This document shows, one piece after another, positions 26,076 to 36,700 of a stretch of 58,303 bases of DNA. The first letter of the stretch is position 1. Each line of letters begins with the position of its first letter. Both the position numbers and the translations under genes were made by a program. The notes below the pieces were generated by a model. The model saw only the letters and a list, made by a program, of their open reading frames with translations. It did not search any database and was not told the origin of the DNA. The stretch comes from Candidatus Hermodarchaeota archaeon. GTDB taxonomy: Archaea; Asgardarchaeota; Hermodarchaeia; Hermodarchaeales; Hermodarchaeaceae. The stretch lies in contig JAEOUH010000074.1 in NCBI GenBank assembly GCA_016839365.1, positions 1 through 58,303 of the forward strand. The letters are read 5' to 3'.

Positions 26076-28889
26076 TTAAGGCTTTGCTTCAGCCCACCAT
26101 TCCCTGGTTCGGATGAACTGCTTCTCATTTTCTAAAATTAGACGATAGAATTCGCTTTCAGGACGTTCATGACTTCCTGCAAGAATCCGTTTAACAACAG
26201 TTGGTCCCACCCCCCTACCCGCCATGGCAATTAGCGCTGGTTTTCCATAGTTAAGTACAACCTCAGCATTTTCGCGACCTTTTCGAAGAGCCGTTTGCTC
26301 TTCAGTGGATAATCGTTGTCCCGCTCGGTGGCGGCGAATCGCTTTTTGTAATAATTCATCCGTTGGAAAAACCCCAGCAATAAGCCTAGAGGCACATTTC
26401 TTACAATGAGGGTGGTCATCCAAATGCTTGATGGTTCGCACACTTGACCATTGTCCACAATGTAAGCAAACCAGTCGGACTTTTCGATTCAAAAGGCGCT
26501 TCTTAGTTTGTTCGAGGATATACGATTCAGGAATTTCTGGTTCAAGAAACTCGCCAAATCGTGCTAGAATTTGTCGAGCAAAAGGGGATGGGCGAGGCTG
26601 ATGGATTTTTTGTACTTCGATTTCCTTGGCCTGTATGGCTACTAAAAGAGCTCGTGTGTTAGGGATATCCAGCTTATCTACATAGAACTCCCTTAAAGCC
26701 TCTTCAATAATTGGAGTTCCTGTGAAATATTGCATTAAACGAAGAAGTTGACTGCTTTTAAGGCTCGCAGAATGTGAAATCACCCCGAATCTACGCGCGA
26801 CATGAAGGAACCGTCGGGCAAAATACGGGGATCGCAACAAGATGATTTCCAGCAGCTCATCCATATGAGAGGCTTCAAGTTGTCGCAGTCCTTCATATAA
26901 AGCCTCGCCGATTGCATATCCGCCGCCACGTTCGAATCGAAAAAGAATACGGTATTGGTCTGCATGAAATACAATTTCCCTTCCTAATTGCGAGGTTAGA
27001 AGGGCTGCAAGCAAGCGACCAAGGGTTTGGTTGATTCGAGTTCCATAGCAGGAATGGATGACAATCAATTCATGTCCTACTTCGATGGTGATATTTTGGT
27101 TATTTGGAACGAAGCCACTTTGAACTTGTTTGGTAATGGTTTTTAGCTGAATGTTTTTCGCTGGCTCATCGATATCGATATTGTATGATAGTGAGTCAGG
27201 GTGATCTAAATTTTCTGCGACTTTATTCCATAAATCACTCACGCCTTCTACAACCATCTTAGAGACGGGGATTAGCTCTCCACTCCATCTGGGGATTCGT
27301 CCTTTCGTTTGCTGAATGGCTGTCACATATACGCGTTCTTCATCCTGTTTGACGACCTCCCACGGTCGTCCACGCAGAACAAGAATGTTGCCTGTATGCC
27401 CGTATTCTTCAGCAAAACCCGTATCAAGGCGACCAACTGGCCTATTTGTGGCCATGTTGATAACCCGATGGTGAGGGGTATCAGGAATCACGGAAAGGTT
27501 CTCGAAATAATAAGAATAGGATTTCCGCCTTGGTCTAAGGATTACATCGTCTCTCGATATTAACCCTTCAATTTGAAGATATTCAATCACTTCTCTGATT
27601 TTTTCATTTTTAAGAGAGCGGTAAGGGGGTGCACGTTTAATGATGTTAATCGCCTGTGAGTAGGTTAGTGTCTTATATTCGATTGCGAGTCCAACCAGCT
27701 GATGAGCGACTATATCCAACGCGTTATAATGAATAGGCGGTGTTTCAAGGAACCCCTCTAAGGCCTTCTCAGCGACTACGATTCCTTCACAAACATCATC
27801 AAACCTGGTGGTGATAATTACTCCTTTTGATTCTCGATCAAGTTGATGTCCTGATCGGCCTACGCGTTGAAGTAGCCGAATTACTTGACGTGGTGAGCCG
27901 TACTGGATTACTAAATCAACTAACCCAATGTCTAGCCCAAGCTCTAGGGACGAAGTACATACTAAATAGGGCACCTCACCGGTTTTGAATTTCTGTTCTG
28001 CCTCTATTCGAGCCTCTCGAGAAAGGGAACCATGGTGGACTCCAGATTCGCTATCATGGAGTCTTGCTAGTCTAAGCCCTAATGCCTCAGCAGTTTGGCG
28101 CTCATTACAAAATATCAGAGTTGATGAATGGTTGCTCACCAACTCCCATATCCTTTCAGCCGGGCTGTCAAGAGGTGACTTATCCTCCTCAGCAAGAGAC
28201 AATGGACAATATTCAAGATGAAAATTAAAGTTCTTTGAGGCGGAAGATTTTACGATTCCTACTTTCTCCTCCCCACCCATGAACTTCTGAATATCAATTG
28301 GATTCCCAACGGTAGCAGATAATCCAACCCTTTGAAATGGTGTCTTTGTTAATTCACGGAGTCGCTCTAACGCCACCATTAATTGGACTCCACGTTTACT
28401 AGCTGCTAGCTCATGGATCTCATCGATGACCACACATCTGACATTACGAAGGTGCTCACGAATCCGTTTTCCAACTAAAATCGCTTGTAGGGTTTCAGGT
28501 GTTATAATAAACATTTGAGGCGGTTTCAGTGTCTGCCGACGGCGAGCCGAAGCCGGCGTATCACCATGCCTGACTTCTACACGAATTTTAAGCTGTTGAG
28601 CAATTAGAACAAGGCGACGTAAAATATCCCGATTAAGCGCTCTAAGAGGAGTAACCCAGATAATCTGAACACGTTCTGTACTCTTTGGTTCATCGAGAAG
28701 CCGATTGATCAATGGAAGGAAGGCGGCTTCTGTTTTTCCATGTCCGGTAGGGGCAATGAGAAGAACAGACTCACCTCTAAGGATCCGTGGAATGCTACGG
28801 TTCTGAATAGGTGTAGGTGTCTGGAATCCCTGTTTTTTAATTTCCTCTGAAAGTCTGGGATTCAAGAGCCCAAATACGGTTCTCTCCAC
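26076..28889 (-). CDS. lhr: Lhr-family ATP-dependent helicase
   Basis: APTGHGKT, PLRALNRD, RHGDT, DEIH, LSAT, HHGSLS, SLELGLD, QRVGRSGH; C-terminal zinc finger. Confidence 0.93.
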   Translation of the reverse strand: MERTVFGLLNPRLSEEIKKQGFQTPTPIQNRSIPRILRGESVLLIAPTGHGKTEAAFLPLINRLLDEPKSTERVQIIWVTPLRALNRDILRRLVLIAQQLKIRVEVRHGDTPASARRRQTLKPPQMFIITPETLQAILVGKRIREHLRNVRCVVIDEIHELAASKRGVQLMVALERLRELTKTPFQRVGLSATVGNPIDIQKFMGGEEKVGIVKSSASKNFNFHLEYCPLSLAEEDKSPLDSPAERIWELVSNHSSTLIFCNERQTAEALGLRLARLHDSESGVHHGSLSREARIEAEQKFKTGEVPYLVCTSSLELGLDIGLVDLVIQYGSPRQVIRLLQRVGRSGHQLDRESKGVIITTRFDDVCEGIVVAEKALEGFLETPPIHYNALDIVAHQLVGLAIEYKTLTYSQAINIIKRAPPYRSLKNEKIREVIEYLQIEGLISRDDVILRPRRKSYSYYFENLSVIPDTPHHRVINMATNRPVGRLDTGFAEEYGHTGNILVLRGRPWEVVKQDEERVYVTAIQQTKGRIPRWSGELIPVSKMVVEGVSDLWNKVAENLDHPDSLSYNIDIDEPAKNIQLKTITKQVQSGFVPNNQNITIEVGHELIVIHSCYGTRINQTLGRLLAALLTSQLGREIVFHADQYRILFRFERGGGYAIGEALYEGLRQLEASHMDELLEIILLRSPYFARRFLHVARRFGVISHSASLKSSQLLRLMQYFTGTPIIEEALREFYVDKLDIPNTRALLVAIQAKEIEVQKIHQPRPSPFARQILARFGEFLEPEIPESYILEQTKKRLLNRKVRLVCLHCGQWSSVRTIKHLDDHPHCKKCASRLIAGVFPTDELLQKAIRRHRAGQRLSTEEQTALRKGRENAEVVLNYGKPALIAMAGRGVGPTVVKRILAGSHERPESEFYRLILENEKQFIRTREWWAEAKP

Positions 28890-28982
28890 ACTTTCGCGCC
28901 TCTATCTTTTCCGGTTCCATGGTGATATTTTTAATACAATGGCTGTAGAAACCTGTGGTATTAGATTATCAACCTTGGGAGG

Positions 28983-30734
28983 TTGATTTTAAACGTGCCA
29001 CTTAAGCTTGCCGAAATTATTGATTTGATTGTTTCTAAATCCGGCAAATCCAAGGAAGAGGTTCTCCAATTAGTTGAAGCAAAAAAGCAGGAATTGGACG
29101 GATATGTAACCGATGAAGGTGCGGCATCCTTAGTAGCCCGTGAATTAGATTTAGATCTATTCGAAAACCAAGCTACGCCTGACCTCAAACTAACCATACG
29201 CGATCTTGTCACAGGGATGACGGGAGTTTCACTGAATGTAAAAGTCACTCGGATTTATCCCGTGCGAACATTCCAGAGAAAACAAGGAGGAGAAGGGCAA
29301 GTCGCCAGTATAATTGGTAATGATTCAACAGGATCGATTCGCATCACTTTCTGGAATAAGCATACCCAACCCATAGAAGATAAGGAATTTGATGAAGGTG
29401 ATCTTCTCCGCATTATAAATGGACGAGTAAGAACAGGACTTCGTGACCAAATAGAAATCCACCTTGGCGGGGGAAGTCGTATAATGATCAATCCCCCCGA
29501 TGTTGACCCTAAGGACTTTCCTGATACTGTGATGACCCTGACAAAAATCAACTTACTCCAGGAAGGAATGAGTGATGTGTGTATTGAAGGTGAAGTGACG
29601 GATAAGTATCGTATTACATCTTTTAGTCGGGGAAATTCGGAGGGGACTGTAGCCAATTTAGCGATTCGCGATGATACTGGACGCACTCGCCTTGTCTTAT
29701 GGGATGAACAGAGTGAATGGTTCAACAAGTTGTCAATAAATGATAGGATTCGTATCGAAAGTGGATATGTACGATTGGATCGAAACAACGTGCCAGAACT
29801 ACATCTAGGTCGACGTGGACGTATACAACAACTTACTTCGACCGCCGGTGAATCACCAAAGGGTCCACCCACGCCTCAGATGCTTAAGGATTTGAAACCC
29901 GGAGATTATGCCAGCGCCGTTGGTGTTACTGTGATTGAAAATGAAGGCCTAAGCACCTTCACTAGACGTGATGGTCAAGAAGGTAAGCGTCTTGCATTTA
30001 CTTTAGCAGATGATTCGGGTCAAGTTCGCGCTGTAGCTTGGGGTAAAGCCGCTGAGAATCTAGTAGATGTGCAAAAAGGTTCACTCCTCCTCCTAGAGGG
30101 GGTCAGTTGCCGATCCGGACTTCGAGGGGGTCTTGAGCTCCATATCAATGAAGCGACACAAGTTCTACGAAATCCTCCTAATCTAAAAATAAAGAGTCCG
30201 TCAGAAACAATTCTCAAAAGCCCGCAAACAGAGTCTCCTACAAAGTTTTTAGCTGAAGTAACGGAAGGAAACTTCGTTTCAGTTCGTGGGACAATTGTAC
30301 AGGTTATTCACCAAAAATCCGTTTACGAGTCCTGTCCTAAATGTTTCAAAAAAGTCTCGCAAAGCAATTCAACAATAACATGTCCAAAGTGTGGAAAGAT
30401 CTCCAAATCTGAACCACGACTCATCGCAAAAATCGTCATCGATGATGGGACCGAAAACATCCGCGCGAGCCTCATTGGGCATTCAGCAGAGAAGCTCTTC
30501 GGAATTACTAGCGTCGAAGCGAAGCGTCTAATTACGGAATCAGGGAACGAAGACGAACCCGTTAGTCAAGTAGAGGAAGGCCTACTCGGTAAAGAGATTC
30601 AACTATCTGGGCGAATCAACCTAAACAATTTCTCTAATGAGTTAGAACTTTCCGTTAATGAAGTTTCTGACGCAGATTCACTCGAAGTTGCGAACCAGCT
30701 AGTCAATGACCTCGAACGAAAAGCCCAAAGGTAA
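28983..30734 (+). CDS. rpa: Replication protein A large subunit (multi-OB-fold + zinc finger)
   Basis: Repeated DxTG-R-xxW OB motifs (DSTGSIRITFW, DDTGRTRLVLW, DDSGQVRAVAW, DDGT); CPKC...CPKC. Confidence 0.9.
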   Translation: MILNVPLKLAEIIDLIVSKSGKSKEEVLQLVEAKKQELDGYVTDEGAASLVARELDLDLFENQATPDLKLTIRDLVTGMTGVSLNVKVTRIYPVRTFQRKQGGEGQVASIIGNDSTGSIRITFWNKHTQPIEDKEFDEGDLLRIINGRVRTGLRDQIEIHLGGGSRIMINPPDVDPKDFPDTVMTLTKINLLQEGMSDVCIEGEVTDKYRITSFSRGNSEGTVANLAIRDDTGRTRLVLWDEQSEWFNKLSINDRIRIESGYVRLDRNNVPELHLGRRGRIQQLTSTAGESPKGPPTPQMLKDLKPGDYASAVGVTVIENEGLSTFTRRDGQEGKRLAFTLADDSGQVRAVAWGKAAENLVDVQKGSLLLLEGVSCRSGLRGGLELHINEATQVLRNPPNLKIKSPSETILKSPQTESPTKFLAEVTEGNFVSVRGTIVQVIHQKSVYESCPKCFKKVSQSNSTITCPKCGKISKSEPRLIAKIVIDDGTENIRASLIGHSAEKLFGITSVEAKRLITESGNEDEPVSQVEEGLLGKEIQLSGRINLNNFSNELELSVNEVSDADSLEVANQLVNDLERKAQR

Positions 30735-30792
30735 GATACTTCTATTACTCTAAATACCGAAACATGGCATTCAGAATCAAAAGGTGCATGAA

Positions 30793-31074
30793 ATGGGTAG
30801 GCGACGAAGAAAAACTACACCTAGGCGCCCAATCCGCTCTATTCCATCGATTTTCAATTGCCCCCGGTGCGGGCGTAATGCAGTTCGAGTAGAACTCAAT
30901 AAAAACATAGGACAAGCAACTATTCATTGTGGCAACTGCGATGTGCAAGCCACAATAAGCATTACACCTCTAACAGAACCTGTTGATGTTTATGGCGAAT
31001 TTGTTGACATTTGCGCTTCTCAGTCAACAACAGATACAAAACCCCACAACTCGCATCTTTCTTCTGAATCGTAA
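30793..31074 (+). CDS. elf1: Transcription elongation factor Elf1-like zinc ribbon
   Basis: MGRRRRK, FNCPRC, CGNC, EPVDVYGEFVD. Confidence 0.9.
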   Translation: MGRRRRKTTPRRPIRSIPSIFNCPRCGRNAVRVELNKNIGQATIHCGNCDVQATISITPLTEPVDVYGEFVDICASQSTTDTKPHNSHLSSES

Positions 31075-31136
31075 TCTTTTTTATTTTTACTTCTGCTACG
31101 TATCCACACCCTAAAAGAAATCCTCGCTGATGTTAA

Positions 31137-31826
31137 ATGACCGTCTGTTGCATTATCCCTGCTTTCCAAGAATCTCGAGCCATCAAAGAAGTAGTAACCC
31201 TTTCTCAGAAATTTTGTACTTGTGTAATTGTGATCGATGATGGTAGCACAGACAACACAGGCCAGATCGCTGAACAAAATGGCGCAAAGGTCCTTCGCCA
31301 CTCTCGCAATATTGGAAAAGGAGCTGCATTACGAACAGGATTCAACTATGCAATAGATACGGACTGTGAAATAATCATCACGCTGGATGGTGACCTGCAG
31401 CACAATCCACGATCAATTCCACGGTTCATTCAAAAAATCGAAGAAGGATTTGATGTTGTTGTCGGTTCCCGTTCATCAACCCAATCTGAGGAAATGCCAT
31501 TTATGAGGAAATTAAGCAACCTTATCACAACTCAGGTTCTAAGGGTTTTCTTCAGGGTTCCAGTGACAGATTCTCAATCTGGATATCGCGCGTTCAAGAG
31601 AAGGGTTTTAGCAGTGTTACAAGTACGAGATGATGGATTTGCTGCAGAAACAGAGATTCTCATTGACGCTCAGCGCGCTGGATTCAAAATTTCTGAGATT
31701 CCGATAGCTACGAACTATGGTGCTGAAGAATCAAAAATTCGCGCTCGCAGAGATATCACTCGATGGCTTCTGACGCTTTCGAAAAACTTCCGCCCTTATC
31801 CTCGTTTAGTTCGCCAGAGTGAGTAA
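31137..31826 (+). CDS. GT2 glycosyltransferase, DPM1-like polyprenol-phosphate sugar synthase
   Basis: IIPAFQE, DDGSTDNT, NIGKG, LDGDLQH, GSR, DSQSGYR. Confidence 0.88.
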   Translation: MTVCCIIPAFQESRAIKEVVTLSQKFCTCVIVIDDGSTDNTGQIAEQNGAKVLRHSRNIGKGAALRTGFNYAIDTDCEIIITLDGDLQHNPRSIPRFIQKIEEGFDVVVGSRSSTQSEEMPFMRKLSNLITTQVLRVFFRVPVTDSQSGYRAFKRRVLAVLQVRDDGFAAETEILIDAQRAGFKISEIPIATNYGAEESKIRARRDITRWLLTLSKNFRPYPRLVRQSE

Positions 31827-32773
31827 GCAAACACTACAAAGCCCACAATTAATACAAGAGCTACAAAGAAAATCATGATTTGTGAAGGGTCTTGAACCAT
31901 TTCAAGAGACATCCATCTGAAGACATTGTACCAAAGCACGCTGTTGTCCTCAGATTGGAACCAACTTTGATTCGTCGCCAGACAAGCTGTATCAGAAAAC
32001 ATCGTAGTTGATGAGCACAAGACAACCCTGGAGTTCCCTATCCAGAAGGCGGCGAGCCATGCAGGTTGATCTTGAATTACTTCTCCATTTAAAGCAATGG
32101 CTTGAGAGGTCTCTGAGCCGGTTGACACGATAAGATCTGGGTAAGTAGTTGTAAGCGAACCACCTGCAACGATGACCGAGTTGATACCTGCAATTATCGC
32201 TTCACGGTTTTGATGGGGAATTAAATACGAACTATTAACTTCAATATTGTACGGCAGGATTCGGGCGGCTCCTGAATCGATGATGGCATCTCCCTCTGTT
32301 CCATCGTTACCAGTTACAGTGGTAAACTGAATCCGCGATTCGAACAAAGCTTGGAGAATCAAGTTAACAACAAGTGGATTTCCAATTTGTCGGTTAGTAA
32401 CTTGATAATCGCCTAACAGAAACAGTGACCCTCCCTGTCCAACATACTCGGATATAACGTCAAGTTCGGAGGCAGAATAATTGGTCATTGGGTTTGGAAT
32501 TACAAGTATGTGTGATCGCGAAAGGTTTGCGGCAGTTAATTCTCCATCATGAAGTATTCTAACCTGATATTCCGGATAATTTGCAAAGAATCCTACAGCT
32601 TCAGTGAAATTACGTTTTGCTATAGTATAGGTCGAGTCGTGGCTAAAATCGATGACAATAGATATTTGCCCTTCTTCTTGTTGTTGGGTTGTGCCTCGTG
32701 TCTGTGGGACTATGAATAGCAGAAGTATAACTAAGAGCCCTACAATGAGTTTTTGTCGGGACAGGAGAACCAT
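31796..32773 (-). CDS. Type I membrane protein with GIFT/DUF4350-like domain (Wbp1/OST48-like)
   Basis: Signal peptide, IDFSH, ILVIPNP, YVGQGGSLFLLGD, SRVVL, DN..WYNVFRW, C-terminal TM and short basic tail. Confidence 0.6.
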   Translation of the reverse strand: MVLLSRQKLIVGLLVILLLFIVPQTRGTTQQQEEGQISIVIDFSHDSTYTIAKRNFTEAVGFFANYPEYQVRILHDGELTAANLSRSHILVIPNPMTNYSASELDVISEYVGQGGSLFLLGDYQVTNRQIGNPLVVNLILQALFESRIQFTTVTGNDGTEGDAIIDSGAARILPYNIEVNSSYLIPHQNREAIIAGINSVIVAGGSLTTTYPDLIVSTGSETSQAIALNGEVIQDQPAWLAAFWIGNSRVVLCSSTTMFSDTACLATNQSWFQSEDNSVLWYNVFRWMSLEMVQDPSQIMIFFVALVLIVGFVVFAYSLWRTKRG

Positions 32774-33055
32774 CTAGCGTTTTCACCCGGATGTGCTAGG
32801 CTCATGTGAAAACTATCAGACCTTAAAGCCTTTTCCCAAACGGAAGAAGTCAGATTTTACTGAAACTCCGTGATATGGGAAATTAACTAGCAACTAAGTT
32901 CTAGGGCGTGTTAAAGGGGGGAATTTAATGAAATCCTAAAGGCCAAGAATTAGTGAGTCTTCAAAGTGGACAACAAGAAATTCTATCTTAAAGCGCTGGG
33001 GGGCGTCGAATTCTGCCTAAACGCATAAGAGTCATGAATATAATCACTTAGTATA

Positions 33056-33757
33056 ATGGCAGATCCAATAGTCGCTAAAGAAGTTCAAAGGAAACTATTC
33101 CACTCGCTTATGATTTGTGTCGCATTAGTTAATGCAGTAGGATTAGCACTTTTCGGGATTCCCCATGGTGTACTGTTATCCGTTGGCTTTACGGGAATCA
33201 CTCTCGTATTCTTCCTTGGAATAGAAATCACAAGAATTCGTGTTTATGGATACTTCCCCTTCAAACGAATTCTAGCCCGTGTAATGCGACCACGTGAGCG
33301 AACCAGACTCGGTGCGAGTGTGTACTTTGCAGTTGGAACTATGATCACTTTTGTATCTCTTTATTTACTCAGCAACACTTTCCTATCATTTTTTGATATT
33401 ACAGCGATTTGGATGCTTTCAGGCTGGTTGGCCGTTGGAGCCGTCATGGTTGCTGCTATCGGAGATGGCATGGCTGCAATAATTGGCATTCGCTTCGGGA
33501 AACATCGTATTCGGGGCAATCGTACATTGGAAGGGGCTTTAGCTGGATTCATTTTCGGTTTTCTTGCCTTTCTACCTCTCTGGTTTCTCCTTAATATCCC
33601 ATTGATATATGGGTTGATTGCCGCTATTGTGCTATTTATCGTAGACCTCAGCGCGCCTCCCTTGGATGATAATCTATTAAATCCGATAGCCATTGGGTTG
33701 GCTCTTGCGTTTTTTGAAACTATTTTTGTCGTTCTTCTGGTTGGAGGGGTTGGCTGA
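33056..33757 (+). CDS. SEC59/DGK1/VTE5-family CTP-dependent polyprenol (dolichol) kinase
   Basis: RKLFH, GDGMAAIIG..FG, RTLEG, DDNL; multi-TM. Confidence 0.85.
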   Translation: MADPIVAKEVQRKLFHSLMICVALVNAVGLALFGIPHGVLLSVGFTGITLVFFLGIEITRIRVYGYFPFKRILARVMRPRERTRLGASVYFAVGTMITFVSLYLLSNTFLSFFDITAIWMLSGWLAVGAVMVAAIGDGMAAIIGIRFGKHRIRGNRTLEGALAGFIFGFLAFLPLWFLLNIPLIYGLIAAIVLFIVDLSAPPLDDNLLNPIAIGLALAFFETIFVVLLVGGVG

Positions 33758-36700
33758 TTGGAATACCACGAATCCTACGTCAATGCACTTCGGGAAGAAA
33801 TTCAGCGAATTGCCAAAATTGCTGAAGCAGCCCGAAAAAAAGGACTTGACCCAACAACTGAAGTAGAGATTCGCCCCGCAGATGACGTTGCAGGCCGTGT
33901 TGAAGGCCTTGTTGGACCCCCTGGCGTTGCTGAAAGAATCCGGCAACTAAGTGAAACAGAACCTGCCCCCAATGTCGCCTTTGAAGTGGCTCGAGAAATA
34001 GTACAAAGAGCACAAGCCAGGGGTGGGGATTTAGAGAACGCAGCAGAACAAGCGATTCGAACAGCTTTAGCTATACTCACCGAAGGTATTACAGCTGGTC
34101 CCATTGAAGGCATCGCCACAGTAAAAATAAAAACAAACGTCGATGGGAGCCGTTACCTAGCAGTATATTTTGCAGGCCCAATTCGTGCCGCAGGGGGAAC
34201 AGAAGCTGCCCAAACAGTAATCGTTGCCGACGCAGTCCGCCAACAATTGGATTTAGACAACTACAAACCTTCAACCGAAAACGTGGAACGATACGTTGAA
34301 GAAGTCGATCTGTATAACCGGGTATCTCACCTTCAATATCCCTCCAAACCTGAAGAGGTTCGCTTGGCCGCACGAAATCTTCCTGTTGAAGTTACCGGTG
34401 AACCTACTGCAGAGGTTGAAGTCACGGGTTATCGTGACCTTCCTGGCGTCGAAACAAATCGGCTTCGAGGCGGCGCAATTCTTGTCTTGAATGACAGTAT
34501 CCTTGGAAAAGCCCACAAACTAGCCAATCTAGTTGCACAGCTCGATATGTCTGGTTGGGACTGGCTAGAAAACCTAACACCCCAAGAAACAGATGAAGAA
34601 AAAGCGGAAAAACGAATCCAACCCAAAGAAAAATACCTCGAAGACATCATCGCAGGACGTCCCGTGTTAGCCTACCCTTCACGAAAAGGTGGATTCCGCG
34701 TTCGTTATGGCCGATCAAGAAATACTGGCCTAGCCGCTCTTGGAGTTCACCCTGCCACCATGGTGCTTCTTGATAGTTTCGTTGCCTGTGGCACTCAATT
34801 AATCATTGAGCGACCAGGGAAGGGTTGTGTAGCAATGCCTGTGGACTCCATTCATGGTCCCATAGTCAAAACCTATAATGGAAGTATCCATCGGATTGAC
34901 ACAGTTGACGAAGCTAAAAAAATCAGTGACTCAGTTTCAAAGATTCTTTTCTTAGGGGATCTATTAATCGGATTTGGGGAATTCCGTGAAAATAACCACC
35001 TTCTGGTTCCTGCAGGATATTGCCCCGAGTGGTGGGCACAAGAGGTTTTGATGGGATTCATAGTGGCTTCTGACTCTGTTCGCCAAAACCTCTTTCAACA
35101 ACTGGATAAGCACACATTCCTTCAATTCATCACGGAACCTTTCAAAGCCACTCCTGACGCTTTAGAGGCCCTTACCATTTCGACAACTCTAAAAGTTCCT
35201 CTCCATCCTCGACATCTCTTCTTTTGGGAAGACCTCTCAATCCATCAACTGATGGAGTTTAAAGAATGGGTTAACGATCTTACTCCCACCCAAGAGAATG
35301 GACACGTTGTCACGTTGCAGGGAACCATAGATGAGGGAATCGAAGAGATCCTTGAGACGCTTGGCATTCCATGTAACTGCAAAGAAAACCAAATTTGGTT
35401 TCACGAAGCCGCCCCAATTCTACATGCCATGTTCATCGGACCCCATAAATGCAAATTTGCCTCTTCAGAGGCTGATGAGAGTGATGCCTTAGATTACTTA
35501 CAGAATAACTGGTCAATTCAGATACATCCCAAGGGGACCTTCTATATTGGTGCACGGGTCGGACGTCCTGAAAAAGCTAAACGACGACAAATGTCACCAC
35601 CTCCCCATGGAATATATCCCATCGGAAATGCTGGAGGTTCAATGAGAGATATTCGGAAAGCTGAGAAACAAAAGAAAGTGAAAGTCGAAGCCAATTACCG
35701 CCTTTGCCCACGATGTGGGACGATCACGTTCAAACGAATCTGTTCAAGTTGTCACATTGAAACTGAACAAATCCACTGGTGTCCAATCTGCAAAGCCGAT
35801 AGCAAAACCTCGAAATGTGCGCGATGTGGAGCTGAGGCAAACACATATGGGCCCATCGAATCACCACTCAAAAAGGAACTCCAACATACGCGTAATAAAT
35901 TAAGCCAAAAACTACCCAGCCGGATAAAAGGCGTTAAAGGGCTGATGAGCAAAAATAAGACCCCTGAAATCCTCGAAAAAGCAATATTCCGTGCAAAATA
36001 TGACCTATTCGTCTACAAAGATGGCACTATCAGATTCGATATGACTGACGCACCCCTTACCCATTTCAAACCCTGCGAAATCAACGCGTCACTCGACGCA
36101 CTTCATGCTCTTGGATATCATTTTGACAAAACTGGCGCACCACTTACTAACCCTAATCAAGTTATTGAACTTAAAATTCAAGACATCGTTGTTCCCTTTG
36201 ATTGCGCAAAATACCTTTTCCGGGTATCCAAGTTTGTTGACGATCTTCTCAGTCAAGTTTACGGCTTAGAACCCTTCTACAACTTCAAAACCCCCGAAGA
36301 CCTCAAAGGCCATCTAGTAGTCGGCCTCGCCCCCCACACCTCAGCCGGCGTCATCGGCCGCATCATCGGCTTCACACCCCTCCGCGTCTGCTACGCACAC
36401 CCATTCTGGCATGCCGCAAAACGACGCAACTGCCTCCACACTGATGAAGAGGTCATCATCTGGGATACTAATGATCAAAAACTTCTCAAACTCCCATTAG
36501 GTCAAATCGTTGAAGAACTCTTAGAAAAGAGAACACCAACCAAGGTTGTCGATGACTTTGGGACACTTGCCATCGATAATCCCTTTACTCACTGGCGAAC
36601 CATCAGTATCGACCCCACCACCCATCAACCCATCTACCAACCCATCAAACATTGGATCAAAGGCACCAGCAACCACTGGCTCACAATCACCACCCACTCT

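Noticed and set aside
29255-29872. 205-aa antisense ORF in rpa and other shadow ORFs (e.g. 1028-1501, 39822-40382, 38151-38606)
   Set aside because: They lie fully opposite well-supported genes and have no recognisable motifs.
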